Made by a program: the position numbers and the translations under genes. From an uncultured Pseudomonadota bacterium (GTDB taxonomy: Bacteria; Oederibacteriota; Muellerivitia; Muellerivitales; Muellerivitaceae): 64,000 bases of DNA. Below the pieces are notes generated by a model. That model was not told where the DNA came from, searched no databases, and saw only the letters and a list, made by a program, of their open reading frames with translations. Every line of letters starts with the position of its first letter. Position 1 is the first letter of the stretch. Of the stretch, positions 62,137-64,000 are shown in pieces. The stretch lies in the NCBI GenBank assembly GCA_963836235.1, contig CAWIIP010000002.1, positions 1,408,001-1,472,000 of the forward strand. Direction: 5' to 3'.

Positions 62137-63360
62137 GTGATGACAAGGATTCTTATGCCAGCCAAAATGAACGCCCGTGGGCTCCAAGAACAACTGCTGA
62201 CCCTGAATAAAATTGGAATCGCCCTTTCCAAAGAACAAGACCTCAACCAGCTTTTGACCCTCATCCTCACCGAGAGCCGCCAATTCACCCATGCTGAAGC
62301 CGGAAGCCTTTACGTGCGCGAGGGCCAGCAACTGCGTTTCTCTGTTTCCCAGAACACCGTTCTGGAAGCCCGCAAAAAAGCGGAGCTGAAGGCCCTCAGG
62401 AAGCCTTTGGAAGTGGTGCCTTCCACCTTCACCGGTTTTTACGTCTCCCTCGATAAAAGCTCCCTGGCCGGTTATGTAGGCGTGACGGGGAAAGTCCTCA
62501 ACCTTCCCGATGCCTACAAGATCCCTTCTGGCAAGGAATACAAGTTCAACCGTTCCTTCGACGAGAAAAACAATTACCGCACCAAGAGCATGCTCATCGT
62601 CCCCATGAAAGACGCTTCGGGCAACGTGGTGGGAGTCATCCAACTCATTAACGCCCACAAGGGAAAAAATATCATTCCCTTCGACAAGCATTTCGAGAAC
62701 CTGGTCTCCTCCCTGGCCAGCCAGGCGGCCATCGCCATCAAGAACACCATGCTGACCCAGGAACTGAAGGAAGCCTATCTCGACACCATCTTCCGTCTGT
62801 CGATCGCGGCAGAATATAAGGATGACGATACCGCGGTTCATATCCACCGCATGAGCCGTTACTCGGCCATCCTGGCCGAGGGATTAGGACTCTCCGTGGC
62901 GGAGGTGGAAAGCATCCGCTACGCCTCACCCATGCATGACATCGGCAAGCTGGGCGTGCCCGATGCCATTCTCATGAAGCCCGGCAAACTCACTCCGGCG
63001 GAATTCAAGGAAATGCAAAACCACACGGTTTTCGGCGCCAAGATTTTGGAAAACGCCAAGGCGGAGCTTTTGAAGGTTTCCGAAGTCATCGCCCTGACCC
63101 ACCATGAGAAGTGGGATGGTTCCGGTTATCCTCGGGGCACAAAGGGGGAGGCCATTCCCCTGTCCGGCCGCATCGTGGCTTTGGCCGACGTGTTCGACGC
63201 ACTCACCACCAAACGCTGCTACAAACCGGCCTTCTCTTTGGAAGAATCCATGAAGATCATCAAGGAAGGCATGGGCCGCCACTTCGATCCCCAAGTGGTG
63301 CAGGCTTTTGACAACAACATCGAGAAAATCCTCGCCGTGAAAGCCCAATTCAGCGCCTAA
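62137..63360 (+). CDS. GAF plus HD-GYP c-di-GMP phosphodiesterase
   Basis: GAF (YRTKSML.VPM..GVIQLIN), MHDIGK, HHEKWDGSGYP, ADVFDAL; exact start uncertain. Confidence 0.92.
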   Translation: MMTRILMPAKMNARGLQEQLLTLNKIGIALSKEQDLNQLLTLILTESRQFTHAEAGSLYVREGQQLRFSVSQNTVLEARKKAELKALRKPLEVVPSTFTGFYVSLDKSSLAGYVGVTGKVLNLPDAYKIPSGKEYKFNRSFDEKNNYRTKSMLIVPMKDASGNVVGVIQLINAHKGKNIIPFDKHFENLVSSLASQAAIAIKNTMLTQELKEAYLDTIFRLSIAAEYKDDDTAVHIHRMSRYSAILAEGLGLSVAEVESIRYASPMHDIGKLGVPDAILMKPGKLTPAEFKEMQNHTVFGAKILENAKAELLKVSEVIALTHHEKWDGSGYPRGTKGEAIPLSGRIVALADVFDALTTKRCYKPAFSLEESMKIIKEGMGRHFDPQVVQAFDNNIEKILAVKAQFSA

Positions 63361-63468
63361 CCCGGTTTTTGATCTTTTCTTTATGTGACCTCCGTCATAT
63401 TTCCGGTATTTTTACCCGTTAAAGTGATGTGTTTTTAATATGAGTTTCAATACATAAGGGCGGATTCC

Positions 63469-64000
63469 ATGTTTGTTCCCAAATCAATCGTTTGCTTGCG
63501 CGACTATTCCTGGAAACAATTCCATTCCGATTTGGTGGCGGGAATCGTCGTCGGCCTGGTGGCCCTGCCCCTGGCAATGGCCTTTTCCATTGCCTGCGGG
63601 CTTCCACCGGAGCGCGGCCTCTATACCGCCGTAGTGGCGGGCTTTCTCATTTCGGCCTTGAGCGGAAGCCGGGTGGCCATTGGCGGACCTACCGGTGCCT
63701 TCATCGTGATCGTGGCGGGTATCGTCGCTAAATTCGGGTATGACGGCCTGGCCGTTGCTACGGGCATGGCAGGGTTAATCCTGATCGTGATGGGCCTCAC
63801 CCGCATGGGTACCCTAGTGAAATATATTCCCTATCCCGTCATCACGGGTTTTACTTCCGGCATAGCGGTGGTCATTTTCAGCACTCAAATCAAGGACTTT
63901 TTCGGCCTTCAAATGGCGGCTGTTCCGGCGGATTTCATCGATAAATGGGCCGTTTACTTGAAGGCACTTCCAAGCTTTAGTCCTTACGCCCTGGGAGTGG
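63469..64000 (+). CDS. SulP/SLC26 anion transporter, runs off the end of the window
   Basis: Manual translation: [49 protein letters not shown]. Confidence 0.92.
   Translation, partial: MFVPKSIVCLRDYSWKQFHSDLVAGIVVGLVALPLAMAFSIACGLPPERGLYTAVVAGFLISALSGSRVAIGGPTGAFIVIVAGIVAKFGYDGLAVATGMAGLILIVMGLTRMGTLVKYIPYPVITGFTSGIAVVIFSTQIKDFFGLQMAAVPADFIDKWAVYLKALPSFSPYALGV

Overview
Chromosomal replication-origin region of a Gram-negative (diderm) bacterium of moderate GC content. The likely oriC flanks dnaA: DnaA boxes lie on both sides, and tandem boxes, five DnaA-trios and an AT-rich tract sit just before dnaN. The classic origin gene cluster is present but broken up. recF-dciA-gyrB-gyrA lies about 38 kb left of dnaA on the minus strand, behind mnmG-rsmG. 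A 15 kb accessory block separates mnmE from mnmG, and a 14.7 kb cobalamin uptake/salvage plus cydAB block separates rpmH from dnaA. Two parS-like sites bracket mnmG-rsmG. No rRNA, tRNA, CRISPR array, transposase or integrase was recognised. Most notable: (1) two large secreted proteins share a ~420-aa DUF11/FlgD-Ig/T9SS-CTD-like C-terminal module behind Thr-rich stalks, and in one of them this module has an abrupt, near-total switch to G-ending codons; (2) a catalytically dead pseudo-histidine kinase with a ~300-aa Pro-rich tail overlaps the gyrA stop; (3) a tandem Fis-like HTH protein sits inside the cob cluster; (4) an MrfA helicase is fused to an exonuclease domain; (5) there are several nested palindromic elements and three sigma54 promoters. 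All calls come from reading motifs by eye; no database searches were run.
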